This document shows, one piece after another, positions 17,455 through 27,302 of a DNA stretch of 64,000 nt. Source of the DNA: Vicinamibacterales bacterium (GTDB lineage: Bacteria > Acidobacteriota > Vicinamibacteria > Vicinamibacterales > UBA2999); assembly GCA_050187355.1 (NCBI GenBank), contig JBFWXO010000005.1, positions 18,502 through 82,501 of the forward strand, written 5' to 3'. The position numbers were made by a program, and so were the translations under genes. The notes beneath the pieces were generated by a model. That model was not told the origin of the DNA, ran no database searches, and saw only the letters and a program-made list of their open reading frames with translations. How positions within the stretch are numbered: the stretch's first letter is position 1; each line of letters begins with the position of its first letter.

Positions 17455-18459
17455 TCAGGATGCGGTGACGTTGAACTTGACGTCCCGCGTCAGCACCTTG
17501 TTCGTCGTCTTGTCGGTGATCTTGATCTCTAGGCGGTACTCGCCCTCGCCGAAGCTCCTGAGCGGCACGGTGATGCCGCCGGGCACCGGGAAGCGCGCCG
17601 GGTCGAACTGCGGCGGCAGATTGCTCTCGTTCACCGCCTGGGGGTTCGTCTTGTTGAAGAACTTCTCCTCGCCGCCTTCCTTCTTGTGGAAGTTGTACTC
17701 GAGCGTGAGGTCGGGCTTGCCGTTGGCATTGAGACCCGGGTTGTAGACCTGGAAGAAGATCGACAGCTCGTCGGCCTTCGTGAAGTCCATGTCGATCGCC
17801 GGCTCGAGTTCCTGCGAGCCGAACGCGAACGGCCGCTCGCGGGCCTGATCCGGCGTGAGGGGCTCGGTCAGGATCGTGACCTTGTCGGCCACGAGCACGG
17901 TGCTCGTCGTGAACTCGGCCGACAGGTCCGGCACGGTGACGCTCGTCTTGAACAGGCCGGCCTTGACGGGCGTGTTCTTGGGCGCCTTATCGGCCAGCCG
18001 CTCCTTCGCCATGATGTAGACGTCGTAGGTGCCGGGCTTCGCCATGAACACGCGGTTCAGGCGGGCCGGCGAGCCGGAGAGCTGCGCCGCGGGCACGAAG
18101 TGCACGTCGTCCCACGGATACTCGACCTTCTTCTTGCCGTCCGTCTTCTGGGTCGGGTCGACCACCCGGATGTAGAGCACGGCGTCCTTCTGGGGAAGGC
18201 CCGTGAGCTCCAGCGAGAAAGGCACGAAGATGCGGGCTTCGGCGGACTTGAGGAACGCCGGGTGAATCTGCATCTGCACGTCAGTCGGCGCCGGCTGCCC
18301 AGCCATGGCGGCATCGACCATCTTGACGACGGTCTCGATCTCTTCCTTCTCCTGCTTCGAGCGCTTCTTGTCGTCTTTCTGCGCCAACGCGGTCATCGGC
18401 AGGGTCGCGACGAGGGCGCCGGCCAGCGCCAGAGCGAGTCCGCGGTACGTCAACTTCAT
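17455..18459 (-). CDS. secreted hypothetical protein (signal peptide, Lys/Glu-rich linker, beta-rich body)
   Basis: 334 aa. MKLTYRGLALALAGALVATLPMTALAQ signal peptide, then KDDKKRSKQEKEEIE. I recognise no family. SD GGAGA lies 8 nt upstream, and a strong promoter lies upstream. Confidence 0.7.
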   Translation of the reverse strand: MKLTYRGLALALAGALVATLPMTALAQKDDKKRSKQEKEEIETVVKMVDAAMAGQPAPTDVQMQIHPAFLKSAEARIFVPFSLELTGLPQKDAVLYIRVVDPTQKTDGKKKVEYPWDDVHFVPAAQLSGSPARLNRVFMAKPGTYDVYIMAKERLADKAPKNTPVKAGLFKTSVTVPDLSAEFTTSTVLVADKVTILTEPLTPDQARERPFAFGSQELEPAIDMDFTKADELSIFFQVYNPGLNANGKPDLTLEYNFHKKEGGEEKFFNKTNPQAVNESNLPPQFDPARFPVPGGITVPLRSFGEGEYRLEIKITDKTTNKVLTRDVKFNVTAS

Positions 18460-18502
18460 GAAAATCTCCAGAGAAAGGCCTCAGAAAATGGTGCGGCCTC
18501 TC

Positions 18503-18532
18503 ATCATAATGAGCAGCGTCGCGCCGTGTCAA
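18503..18532 (-). promoter_or_regulatory. near-consensus sigma70 promoter for the 17455-18459 gene
   Basis: The minus strand reads TTGACA-cggcgcgacgctgctcat-TATGAT. The -35 is perfect, the spacer is 18 nt (or 17 nt to TTATGA), and the -10 matches 5/6. It sits in a locally AT-richer spacer about 45 nt upstream of the ATG. Confidence 0.55.
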
Positions 18533-18689
18533 TCACGCTAAGCGCTTGGAGAGAAACGACTTGCACGTATCTGAACCGTTCCGGGCGTGGTAGATTGCCG
18601 CAGGGCCTTGCACCCGGGTCCCGGGGCGGGGCGCTTCCCCCGGTTCGACACCGGCGAGCCATGCCCGCATCTCATCCCCGGAGGCCGAC

Positions 18690-19961
18690 GTGGTTCGCGA
18701 CGAGACGCTCGTCATCGTGCTCGCTGGAGGCGCTGGAGAACGGCTGGCGCCGCTGACCCGCGAGCGCGCGAAGCCGGCCGTGTACTTCGGCGGTCCCTAC
18801 CGGATCATCGACTTCGTCCTCTCGAACTGCGTCAACTCCGGGCTCCGCCGGATCTTCATCGCCACGCAGTACAAGTCGCTGTCCCTCAACCGCCACATCC
18901 GCATGGGCTGGAACGTGGTCTCCGAGGAACTGGGCGAGTTCATCGAGATCCTGCCGCCGCAGAAGCGTGTCGGCGAGCACTGGTATCTGGGCACGGCGGA
19001 TGCCGTCTTCCAGAACATGTACTCGATCGAGCGCGAGACGGCGCGCAACGTCGTCGTGCTGGCGGGCGACCACGTCTACAAGATGGACTACCGCAAGATG
19101 ATCCGCGCGCACGAGGACGCCGATGCGGACGTCACCCTGGCGACGATCGAAGTGCCGGTGGCCGAAGGCCGCCGCTTCGGGGTGGTCGCCATCGACGGGC
19201 AGTCGCGGATCACGGATTTCCTGGAGAAACCCACGGCGCCGCCCTCGATGCCGGGGCACGCCCATCTGGCGCTGGCCTCGATGGGCATCTACGTCTTCAA
19301 GATGGACGTGCTCGCGCAGGCGCTGCGGTACGACGCGGCCGATCCCGACAGCCATCACGACTTCGGCAAGGACATCATCCCGGGCCTCATCCGGACCAGC
19401 ACGGTCGTGGCGTATCCGTTCTACGACGAGAACAAGAAGTCGGCGAAGTACTGGCGCGATATCGGGACGCTCGACGCCTACTACGAGGCGAACATGGACC
19501 TCTGCGGCGTCAACCCGGAGTTCAACCTCTACGACCCGGAGTGGCCGCTCCGAACCCACCAGCCGCAGGCGCCTCCGGCGAAGTTCGTGTTCGCCGACGA
19601 CGGCCGCACGGGCACGGCGCTGGACTCGGTCATCTCGCCGGGATGCATCGTGTCCGGGAGCAGCGTCCGCGGCTCGGTACTCTGTCCGAACGTGCGCGTC
19701 CACAGCTTCGCCTCGGTCGAGAACTCGATCCTCATGCCCGGCGTGCAGGTGGGCCGCCATGCGCGGATCCGGAATGCGATCGTGGACCGCGACGTGCTCA
19801 TCCCGCGCGGGGCCGTCATCGGCTACGACGAGGCCGCCGATCGGGCGCGGCATACGGTGACGGAGCGCGGCATCGTGGTGGTCACCCTGGACGAGGAGCC
19901 GCTCGTCGCGCCGGTGACCGAACAGGCACTGGCCCTCGAGCACCAGGTGGACCAGACGTAG
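18690..19961 (+). CDS. glgC: glucose-1-phosphate adenylyltransferase
   Basis: 423 aa, GTG start. ...LAGGAGERLAPLTRERAKPAVYFGGPYRIIDFVLSNCVNSGLRRIFIATQYKSLSLNRHI... is the classic GlgC N-terminus. Confidence 0.93.
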   Translation: MVRDETLVIVLAGGAGERLAPLTRERAKPAVYFGGPYRIIDFVLSNCVNSGLRRIFIATQYKSLSLNRHIRMGWNVVSEELGEFIEILPPQKRVGEHWYLGTADAVFQNMYSIERETARNVVVLAGDHVYKMDYRKMIRAHEDADADVTLATIEVPVAEGRRFGVVAIDGQSRITDFLEKPTAPPSMPGHAHLALASMGIYVFKMDVLAQALRYDAADPDSHHDFGKDIIPGLIRTSTVVAYPFYDENKKSAKYWRDIGTLDAYYEANMDLCGVNPEFNLYDPEWPLRTHQPQAPPAKFVFADDGRTGTALDSVISPGCIVSGSSVRGSVLCPNVRVHSFASVENSILMPGVQVGRHARIRNAIVDRDVLIPRGAVIGYDEAADRARHTVTERGIVVVTLDEEPLVAPVTEQALALEHQVDQT

Positions 19962-21416
<1,455 letters not shown>

Positions 21417-21418
21417 CC

Positions 21419-22177
21419 ATGCATACCGTCGTCCTCCTGCGCCACGGCGAGTCCGAGTGGAACAAAGAGAACCGGTTCACCGGCTGGGTGGACGTCGATC
21501 TCAGCGAGAAGGGCCTGGCCGAGGCCCGCGCCGCCGGCCAGCTTCTGAAGGCGGAGGGGCTGACCTTCGACGTCGCCTTCTGCTCGGTGCTCAAGCGCGC
21601 CATTCGCACGCTGTGGATGGTGCAGGACGAGCTGGACCTGCTGTGGATCCCCGTGCACAAGTCGTGGCGGCTGAACGAACGCCACTACGGCGCCCTCCAG
21701 GGCCTGAACAAGGCTGAGACGGCCGCGAAACACGGGGAGGCCCAGGTGAAGATCTGGCGGCGCAGCTACGACGTCCCGCCGCCAGCCCTCAGCGTCGACG
21801 ACGCGTACTTCCCCGGGCACGATCGGCGCTACGCCGACGTCGGCGCGCGCGATCTCCCGCGCACCGAGTGCCTGAAGGACACGGTGCAGCGCTTCCTGCC
21901 GTACTGGCACGAGACCATCGCGCCGGCCATCCGCAGCGGGCGGCGCGTGATCATCGCGGCCCACGGAAACAGCCTGCGGGCGCTCGTGAAGTACCTGGAC
22001 GGCATCAGCGACCGCGAGATCGTCGAGCTCAACATCCCGACGGGCATCCCGCTGGTGTACGAACTCGACGCCGACCTCCGGCCGCTCGGGCCGGGCCGGT
22101 ATCTGGGCGACCCGGAGGCCGCGAAACGGGCCGCCGAGGCCGTCGCGAAGCAGGCGGGCGCCGGCCCCGCCCGCTAG
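21419..22177 (+). CDS. gpmA: 2,3-bisphosphoglycerate-dependent phosphoglycerate mutase
   Basis: ATG 21419, 2 nt after the eno stop. [32 protein letters not shown]... contains the RHGE catalytic motif. Confidence 0.95.
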   Translation: MHTVVLLRHGESEWNKENRFTGWVDVDLSEKGLAEARAAGQLLKAEGLTFDVAFCSVLKRAIRTLWMVQDELDLLWIPVHKSWRLNERHYGALQGLNKAETAAKHGEAQVKIWRRSYDVPPPALSVDDAYFPGHDRRYADVGARDLPRTECLKDTVQRFLPYWHETIAPAIRSGRRVIIAAHGNSLRALVKYLDGISDREIVELNIPTGIPLVYELDADLRPLGPGRYLGDPEAAKRAAEAVAKQAGAGPAR

Positions 22178-22476
22178 CCGTTGTTTTCCTGCAGGTTGAC
22201 CTCGTCCGCCGCGATGCGGAGCGACCGCAGGAAGCGCCGGTCGTTGGCCGTCACCTCGTAGGCCGGCAGGGGCGCTGGCTCGACTGCCTCGCCAGACCCG
22301 GCGTGACCCTGGCCGTCCACGGAGGCGAAGCCCACGGTCGCCTCGAGGTTCAGGTGCAGGTGGAATCCCGCGGCCTTGGCGCGGGCGCGGCACCGCTCGA
22401 CCCCGGCATCTTGGGCGACGGCCGCCGCGATGGCATCGGCGAGCTCGCGCGCGAGGCGGTTCTGTACGTCATCCAT
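22174..22476 (-). CDS. hypothetical small protein (weak call)
   Basis: 100 aa from ATG 22476 ([20 protein letters not shown]...). No family recognised. Its stop shares the CTAG tetranucleotide with the gpmA stop on the other strand. It may be non-coding. Confidence 0.35.
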   Translation of the reverse strand: MDDVQNRLARELADAIAAAVAQDAGVERCRARAKAAGFHLHLNLEATVGFASVDGQGHAGSGEAVEPAPLPAYEVTANDRRFLRSLRIAADEVNLQENNG

Positions 22477-22631
22477 GCAGCTTCCCCATCTCGTCGTGAA
22501 CGAGCGTGGAACGTCGGAATCCGCAGAGGCTGGGTGCCCGGCGCGAATCCCGGTCATTCTACGAGGGGTTGCATTTTGGTGCAATCGTGTGCAAGGACCG
22601 CCGGACGGCCCACCCCCGCCCGGTAGCTACA

Positions 22632-24209
22632 ATGCCGGGGATGACCGACCCGACGCCGAAGCGATTCCACGCCTCGCCCGACGACCTCGCGGGGTGGAGC
22701 GACCAGCGGGATCTGGGATTTCCCGGGGAATTCCCTTACACCCGCGGCATCCAGCCGACGATGTACCGCGGCCGGCTGTGGACCATGCGGCAGTACGCCG
22801 GGTTCGGTACGGCCGAGGCCTCCAACGCCCGGTATCGGTACCTGCTCGGGCAAGGGGTCACCGGCCTCAGCGTTGCCTTCGACCTCCCCACCCAGATCGG
22901 CTACGACTCGGACCACGCCCTGGCCGCGGGCGAGGTCGGCAAGGTGGGCGTCGCCATCGACTCGATCGACGACATGGCCACACTCTTCGACGGGATTCCC
23001 CTCGGGTCGGTGTCCACGTCGATGACGATCAACGCCACGGCGATCATCCTGCTGGCGCTCTACGTGGCCGTGGGCAAGCGGCAGGGCGTCGGCCCGCAGG
23101 CCCTGTCCGGCACCGTGCAGAACGACATCCTCAAGGAGTACATCGCCCGCGGCACCTACATCTTCCCGCCGGGTCCGTCGCTTCGGGTCGTGACGGACGT
23201 CTTTGCGTATTGCGAGCGGGAAGTGCCCCAGTGGAACACGATCTCCATCAGCGGGTATCACATCCGCGAGGCGGGGTCCACGGCCGTCCAGGAGGTGGCC
23301 TTCACCTTCGCCAACGCCGTGGCCTACGTCCAGGCGGCCGTCGACGCGGGCCTGGACGTCAACTCCTTCGGGCAGCGCCTCTCGTTCTTCTTCAACGCCC
23401 ACAACGACTTCCTGGAAGAAGTCGCGAAGTTCAGGGCGGCCCGGCGCCTGTGGGCCCGCCTCATGCGCGACCGCTTCGGCGCGACCAACCCGAGAGCGAT
23501 GCAGCTGCGGTTCCACACCCAGACCGCGGGCAGCACGCTCACGGCGCAGCAGCCCGACAACAACGTGGTCCGTGTCGCGGTGCAGGCGCTGGCGGCGGTG
23601 CTCGGCGGCACGCAGTCGCTGCACACCAACTCCCGCGACGAGGCGCTGGCGCTGCCCACCGAGGAATCCGCGCGCCTCGCGCTCCGGACGCAGCAGATCA
23701 TCGCGCACGAGTCCGGGGTGGCCAACACGGTCGACCCGTTCGGCGGGGCGTGGCACGTCGAGCGGCTGACGGACGCCATCGAATCCGGCGCCGTCGAGCT
23801 GATGGCACGCATCGAGGGCGTGGGCGGCACGCTGCGCGCGATCGAAACGGGGTACGTGCAGCGTCAGATCCAGGAGTCGGCCTACCGGGCGCAGCAGGCC
23901 ATCGACGCGGGCACCCAGGTGGTGGTCGGCGTGAACCGCTTCGGCACCGACGAGCGGCCGGCGCTCGAAGTGTTCGCGCTCGATCCCGACGTGGAGCGGC
24001 ACCAGGTGGAGAAGGTGCGCCGACTGCGCGCCCGACGCGACGAGGGAACCAGCCGCGCGGCGCTGGCCGCCGTCGCGGCGGCGGCGGCGGGACGGGACAA
24101 CCTGGTCCCGCCGATCATCGCCGCCGTCGAGGCCCAGGCGACCGTGGGCGAGATCGCGGATACCATGCGGGGCGTGTTCGGCGAGTTCCGCGAGGTCACC
24201 GTTGACTAG
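22632..24209 (+). CDS. methylmalonyl-CoA mutase family, catalytic (substrate-binding barrel) subunit without B12-binding domain
   Basis: Contains ...[65 protein letters not shown]... The length (about 525 aa) and the C-terminus fit the split large subunit. Start at ATG 22632 or 22641. Confidence 0.9.
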   Translation: MPGMTDPTPKRFHASPDDLAGWSDQRDLGFPGEFPYTRGIQPTMYRGRLWTMRQYAGFGTAEASNARYRYLLGQGVTGLSVAFDLPTQIGYDSDHALAAGEVGKVGVAIDSIDDMATLFDGIPLGSVSTSMTINATAIILLALYVAVGKRQGVGPQALSGTVQNDILKEYIARGTYIFPPGPSLRVVTDVFAYCEREVPQWNTISISGYHIREAGSTAVQEVAFTFANAVAYVQAAVDAGLDVNSFGQRLSFFFNAHNDFLEEVAKFRAARRLWARLMRDRFGATNPRAMQLRFHTQTAGSTLTAQQPDNNVVRVAVQALAAVLGGTQSLHTNSRDEALALPTEESARLALRTQQIIAHESGVANTVDPFGGAWHVERLTDAIESGAVELMARIEGVGGTLRAIETGYVQRQIQESAYRAQQAIDAGTQVVVGVNRFGTDERPALEVFALDPDVERHQVEKVRRLRARRDEGTSRAALAAVAAAAAGRDNLVPPIIAAVEAQATVGEIADTMRGVFGEFREVTVD

Positions 24210-25239
24210 GCCGGCGTCCGGCTCCCCGCCGGAGGCGGGCGGCCCGCTGCTGTCGGTCCGCGGGCTCACCACGGTCTTCGACACCGGCGGCGCACCGCTC
24301 GTGGCCGTGAACGACCTGTCGTTCGACATCCGCAAGGGCGAGACGCTGGGCCTGGTCGGGGAGTCCGGCAGCGGCAAGTCGGTCACGGCCTTTTCCCTGC
24401 TGCGTCTCGTGCCGCCGCCCGGGCGCATCACGAACGGGCGCGTCGAGTTCCAGGGCCGCGATCTCCTCGCGCTGACCGAGAAGGAGATGTGCGCGGTGCG
24501 GGGCGCCGGCATCGGGCTCGTGTTCCAGGAGCCCATGGCCGCGCTGAATCCCGTGATGCGCGTGGGGAAGCAGATCGGGGAGTCGCTGGTCGTGCACGGA
24601 CGGGCGACGGCGCGCGAGGCGCGCGACCGGGCGGTGGACCTGCTCCGCGCCGTGAAGATCGCCGACCCGGAGTCGCGGGTGGACGACTACCCGCACCAGC
24701 TCTCGGGCGGGATGCGCCAGCGCGTGATGCTGGCCGTGGCCCTCGCGTGCAAGCCGCCCCTCGTCATCGCCGACGAACCCACGACCGCCCTCGACGTCAC
24801 CGTCCAGGCGCAGATCCTGGATCTGCTGCGGGAGATGAAGCAGGCGTTCGACCTCTCGCTCCTGCTCATCACCCACGACCTGGGCGTCATCGCGGAAGTC
24901 GCCGATCGGGTGGCGGTCATGTACGCCGGCCGGATCGTGGAAGTGGGTCCCGTGCGGGCGATCTTCCGTCAGCCCGCGCACCCGTATACCCGGGGACTGC
25001 TGGCGTCGATGCCGAGCGGCAGGGCGGGCGACCGGCTGGTCGCCATCGAGGGCACCGTGCCGAACCTGGCCGATCTGCCGCCCGGCTGCGCGTTCGCCCC
25101 GCGGTGCCCGAGCCGCTTCGACGCCTGTGCCCGCGCCGTCCCGCCCGACGTGCCGGTCGGAGACGCCCACCACGCGCGATGCTTCCTGCACGTCCCCCAG
25201 AACAGCCCGGCGGGCGCGGGGACCGGAGGCGCCAGGTGA
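24202..25239 (+). CDS. ABC transporter ATP-binding protein, oligopeptide/dipeptide (OppD/DppD) type
   Basis: 345 aa. TTG start overlaps the mutase stop. Walker A GESGSGKS, signature LSGGMRQRV, Walker [12 protein letters not shown], and the C-terminal HPYTRGLL peptide-ABC extension. Confidence 0.85.
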   Translation: MTRPASGSPPEAGGPLLSVRGLTTVFDTGGAPLVAVNDLSFDIRKGETLGLVGESGSGKSVTAFSLLRLVPPPGRITNGRVEFQGRDLLALTEKEMCAVRGAGIGLVFQEPMAALNPVMRVGKQIGESLVVHGRATAREARDRAVDLLRAVKIADPESRVDDYPHQLSGGMRQRVMLAVALACKPPLVIADEPTTALDVTVQAQILDLLREMKQAFDLSLLLITHDLGVIAEVADRVAVMYAGRIVEVGPVRAIFRQPAHPYTRGLLASMPSGRAGDRLVAIEGTVPNLADLPPGCAFAPRCPSRFDACARAVPPDVPVGDAHHARCFLHVPQNSPAGAGTGGAR

Positions 25240-26123
25240 ACCGGCCGCTCGTCGAGGTCCGCGACCTGCGGAAGCACTTCACCCGCGGCGGCGGGATCTT
25301 CCAGCGCGGCACGGTGGTGAAGGCCGTGGACGGCGTGTCGTTCTCGATCGACGAGGGCGAGACGTTCGGGCTGGTCGGGGAATCGGGCAGCGGCAAGAGC
25401 ACGACGGGGCGCTGCATGCTGCGGCTCGTCGAGCCGACGTCGGGGCAGGTGCACTATGGCGGGCAGGACGTGCTGGCGTACACGCCGGCGGAGATGCGCG
25501 CTGCCCGGCGGCACATGCAGATGATCTTCCAGGACCCGTACTCGTCGCTGAACCCGCGGATGAAGGCGCGCGACATCGTGGACGAACCGCTGGTCATCCA
25601 CCGGCTGGGCTCGGCGCGCGAGCGGGCCGAGCGCGTGGCCGAACTGTTCCGCCTCGTGGGCCTGGATCCGGCCCACCTGGACCGCTATCCCCACGAGTTC
25701 TCCGGCGGGCAGCGGCAGCGGATCGGGCTGGCCCGGGCGCTGGCGCTCGAGCCGAAATTCATCATCGCGGACGAGCCGGTCTCGGCGCTCGACGTGTCGA
25801 TTCAGGCGCAGGTCGTGAACCTGCTCATGGACCTGCAGCAGCGGCTGCAGCTCACCTACCTCTTCATCGCGCACGACCTGCGGCTCGTGCGCCACATCTG
25901 CCGGCGGGTGGCCGTGATGTACCTGGGGCGGATCGTGGAGATGGGCGACACGGAGGCGATCTTCGCCGCCCCTTCGCATCCCTATACCAGGGCGCTGCTG
26001 TCGGCGGTGCCCGTCACGGATCCCGACGCACCGCGAACGCGCATCGAGCTCGATCCCACGGCCCTGTCCCTCGACGCGCCGCTCGTCGAAGTCGCGCCCG
26101 GCCACGTGGCCGCCATCGGGTAG
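25236..26123 (+). CDS. ABC transporter ATP-binding protein, oligopeptide/dipeptide (OppF/DppF) type
   Basis: GTG 25236 overlaps the upstream stop (GTGA). [15 protein letters not shown]...[13 protein letters not shown]...[15 protein letters not shown]...[11 protein letters not shown]...HPYTRALL. Confidence 0.88.
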   Translation: MNRPLVEVRDLRKHFTRGGGIFQRGTVVKAVDGVSFSIDEGETFGLVGESGSGKSTTGRCMLRLVEPTSGQVHYGGQDVLAYTPAEMRAARRHMQMIFQDPYSSLNPRMKARDIVDEPLVIHRLGSARERAERVAELFRLVGLDPAHLDRYPHEFSGGQRQRIGLARALALEPKFIIADEPVSALDVSIQAQVVNLLMDLQQRLQLTYLFIAHDLRLVRHICRRVAVMYLGRIVEMGDTEAIFAAPSHPYTRALLSAVPVTDPDAPRTRIELDPTALSLDAPLVEVAPGHVAAIG

Positions 26124-26145
26124 CCTGGCGCGCGGCGCCGGCCGG

Positions 26146-26832
26146 CTACGCGGCCTGGCGGACGTCCTTCTCGACCTGGCCGTCGCGGATCAGGATCTGG
26201 CGGTGCGCGTGGGCTGCGACGTCGGCCTCGTGCGTCACGAGGACGATCGTGTTTCCGGCCTCGTGCAGCCGGGCGAACAGGGCCATGATCTCGACGCCCG
26301 TCTTGGAGTCGAGGTTGCCGGTCGGCTCGTCGGCCAGGAGAATCGACGGGTCGTTCACGAGCGCGCGGGCGATGGCCACGCGCTGGCGCTGCCCGCCGGA
26401 CAGCTCGTTCGGCTTGTGGTGCATGCGGTGCCCGAGTTCGACACGCTCCAGCGCCGACTTGGCGCGTTCCAGGCGGTCCTTCGCGGAGATGCCGGCGTAG
26501 ACCAGGGGAAGCTCCACGTTGTGCAGGGCGGTGGCACGGGGCAGCAGGTTGAAGGTCTGGAACACGAACCCGATCTCCTCGTTCCGGATTCGGGCCAGCT
26601 CGTTGTCGTTCATCGTGCTGACCTGCTTGCCGTTCAGCAGGTAGGTGCCCTTGCTGGGGGTGTCCAGGCAGCCGATCAGGTTCATCAGCGTGGACTTGCC
26701 GGACCCCGACGGCCCCATGATAGCGACGTACTCGCCCTTCTCAATCTGGATGCTCACGCCGCGGAGGGCGTGAATCTCCTCGTCGCCCATCGTGTAGGTC
26801 TTCCAGAGGTCGTTGGTCTCGATCAGGGCCAT
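26146..26832 (-). CDS. ABC transporter ATP-binding protein, MacB/LolD/FtsE-like, stand-alone
   Basis: Start ATG 26832 ([51 protein letters not shown]...). [27 protein letters not shown]. No permease gene is adjacent. Confidence 0.88.
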   Translation of the reverse strand: MALIETNDLWKTYTMGDEEIHALRGVSIQIEKGEYVAIMGPSGSGKSTLMNLIGCLDTPSKGTYLLNGKQVSTMNDNELARIRNEEIGFVFQTFNLLPRATALHNVELPLVYAGISAKDRLERAKSALERVELGHRMHHKPNELSGGQRQRVAIARALVNDPSILLADEPTGNLDSKTGVEIMALFARLHEAGNTIVLVTHEADVAAHAHRQILIRDGQVEKDVRQAA

Positions 26833-27064
26833 GGATGGCGGGTCTCCGGGGTCGTCCGACCCCTCCATTTCAGCACAGACGTCGGATGGCAGGGCGAGGT
26901 TCCTGCCGGTGCGGCTCCGGACCGGACGGGACGCGCCGGCGTGCATGGACCAGGTGGCGTACGGGCGCGATTGCGGCGTGCCGCGCCGTCACATAGGATC
27001 GCAGGCCCGGGGTTTCCCCGTGGCAGCGCGTGACCGGTTCCCCGCCTCGGTCACGAAGGAGTCG

Positions 27065-27274
27065 ATGCCAATGGCCGTCGCACGAGTGACCGAAATCATC
27101 GCCGGATCGAAGAAGAGCTTCCAGGATGCCGTCGAACAGGGCATCGCCCGCGCGTCGCGGACCCTGAAGAACGTCGAGGGCGCCTGGGTGCAGGATCAGA
27201 AGATCATCGTCCAGAAGGGGAAGATCACCGAGTACCGCGTGGCGCTCAAGGTGACGTTCATCCTCGAGAAATAG
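27065..27274 (+). CDS. dodecin-family (flavin-binding) small protein
   Basis: 69 aa MPMAVARVTEIIAGSKKSFQDAVEQGIARASRTLKNVEGAWVQDQKIIVQKGKITEYRVALKVTFILE, a typical dodecin pattern. SD GAAGGAG upstream. Confidence 0.8.
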   Translation: MPMAVARVTEIIAGSKKSFQDAVEQGIARASRTLKNVEGAWVQDQKIIVQKGKITEYRVALKVTFILEK

Positions 27275-27279
27275 CCCGC

Positions 27280-27302
27280 GGGAGGCCCAGGCGGCGCCTC
27301 CC
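27280..27302. terminator. hairpin between convergent dodecin and acs genes
   Basis: GGGAGGC (27280-27286) pairs with GCCTCCC (27296-27302), with a 9-nt loop. Confidence 0.35.

Noticed and set aside
18587-18689. GGTTCGA-containing stretch upstream of glgC that superficially recalls a tRNA T-loop.
   Set aside because: No complementary T-stem, acceptor stem or anticodon arm can be drawn. No other intergenic region in the window is tRNA-like either.
22174-22177. CTAG tetranucleotide serving as the stop codon on both strands (gpmA TAG and the convergent small ORF TAG).
   Set aside because: It is a curiosity only. It depends on the weakly supported 22174-22476 ORF being real and has no evident functional implication.
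26833-27064. Possible FMN riboswitch or other leader RNA upstream of the dodecin (flavin-binding) gene. There is a 7-bp hairpin at 27030-27054 and a GGGGTTTCCCC element.
   Set aside because: I could not find the conserved FMN-element core segments by eye. The hairpins are short and typical of GC-rich spacers. A covariance-model scan (Rfam) would be decisive.
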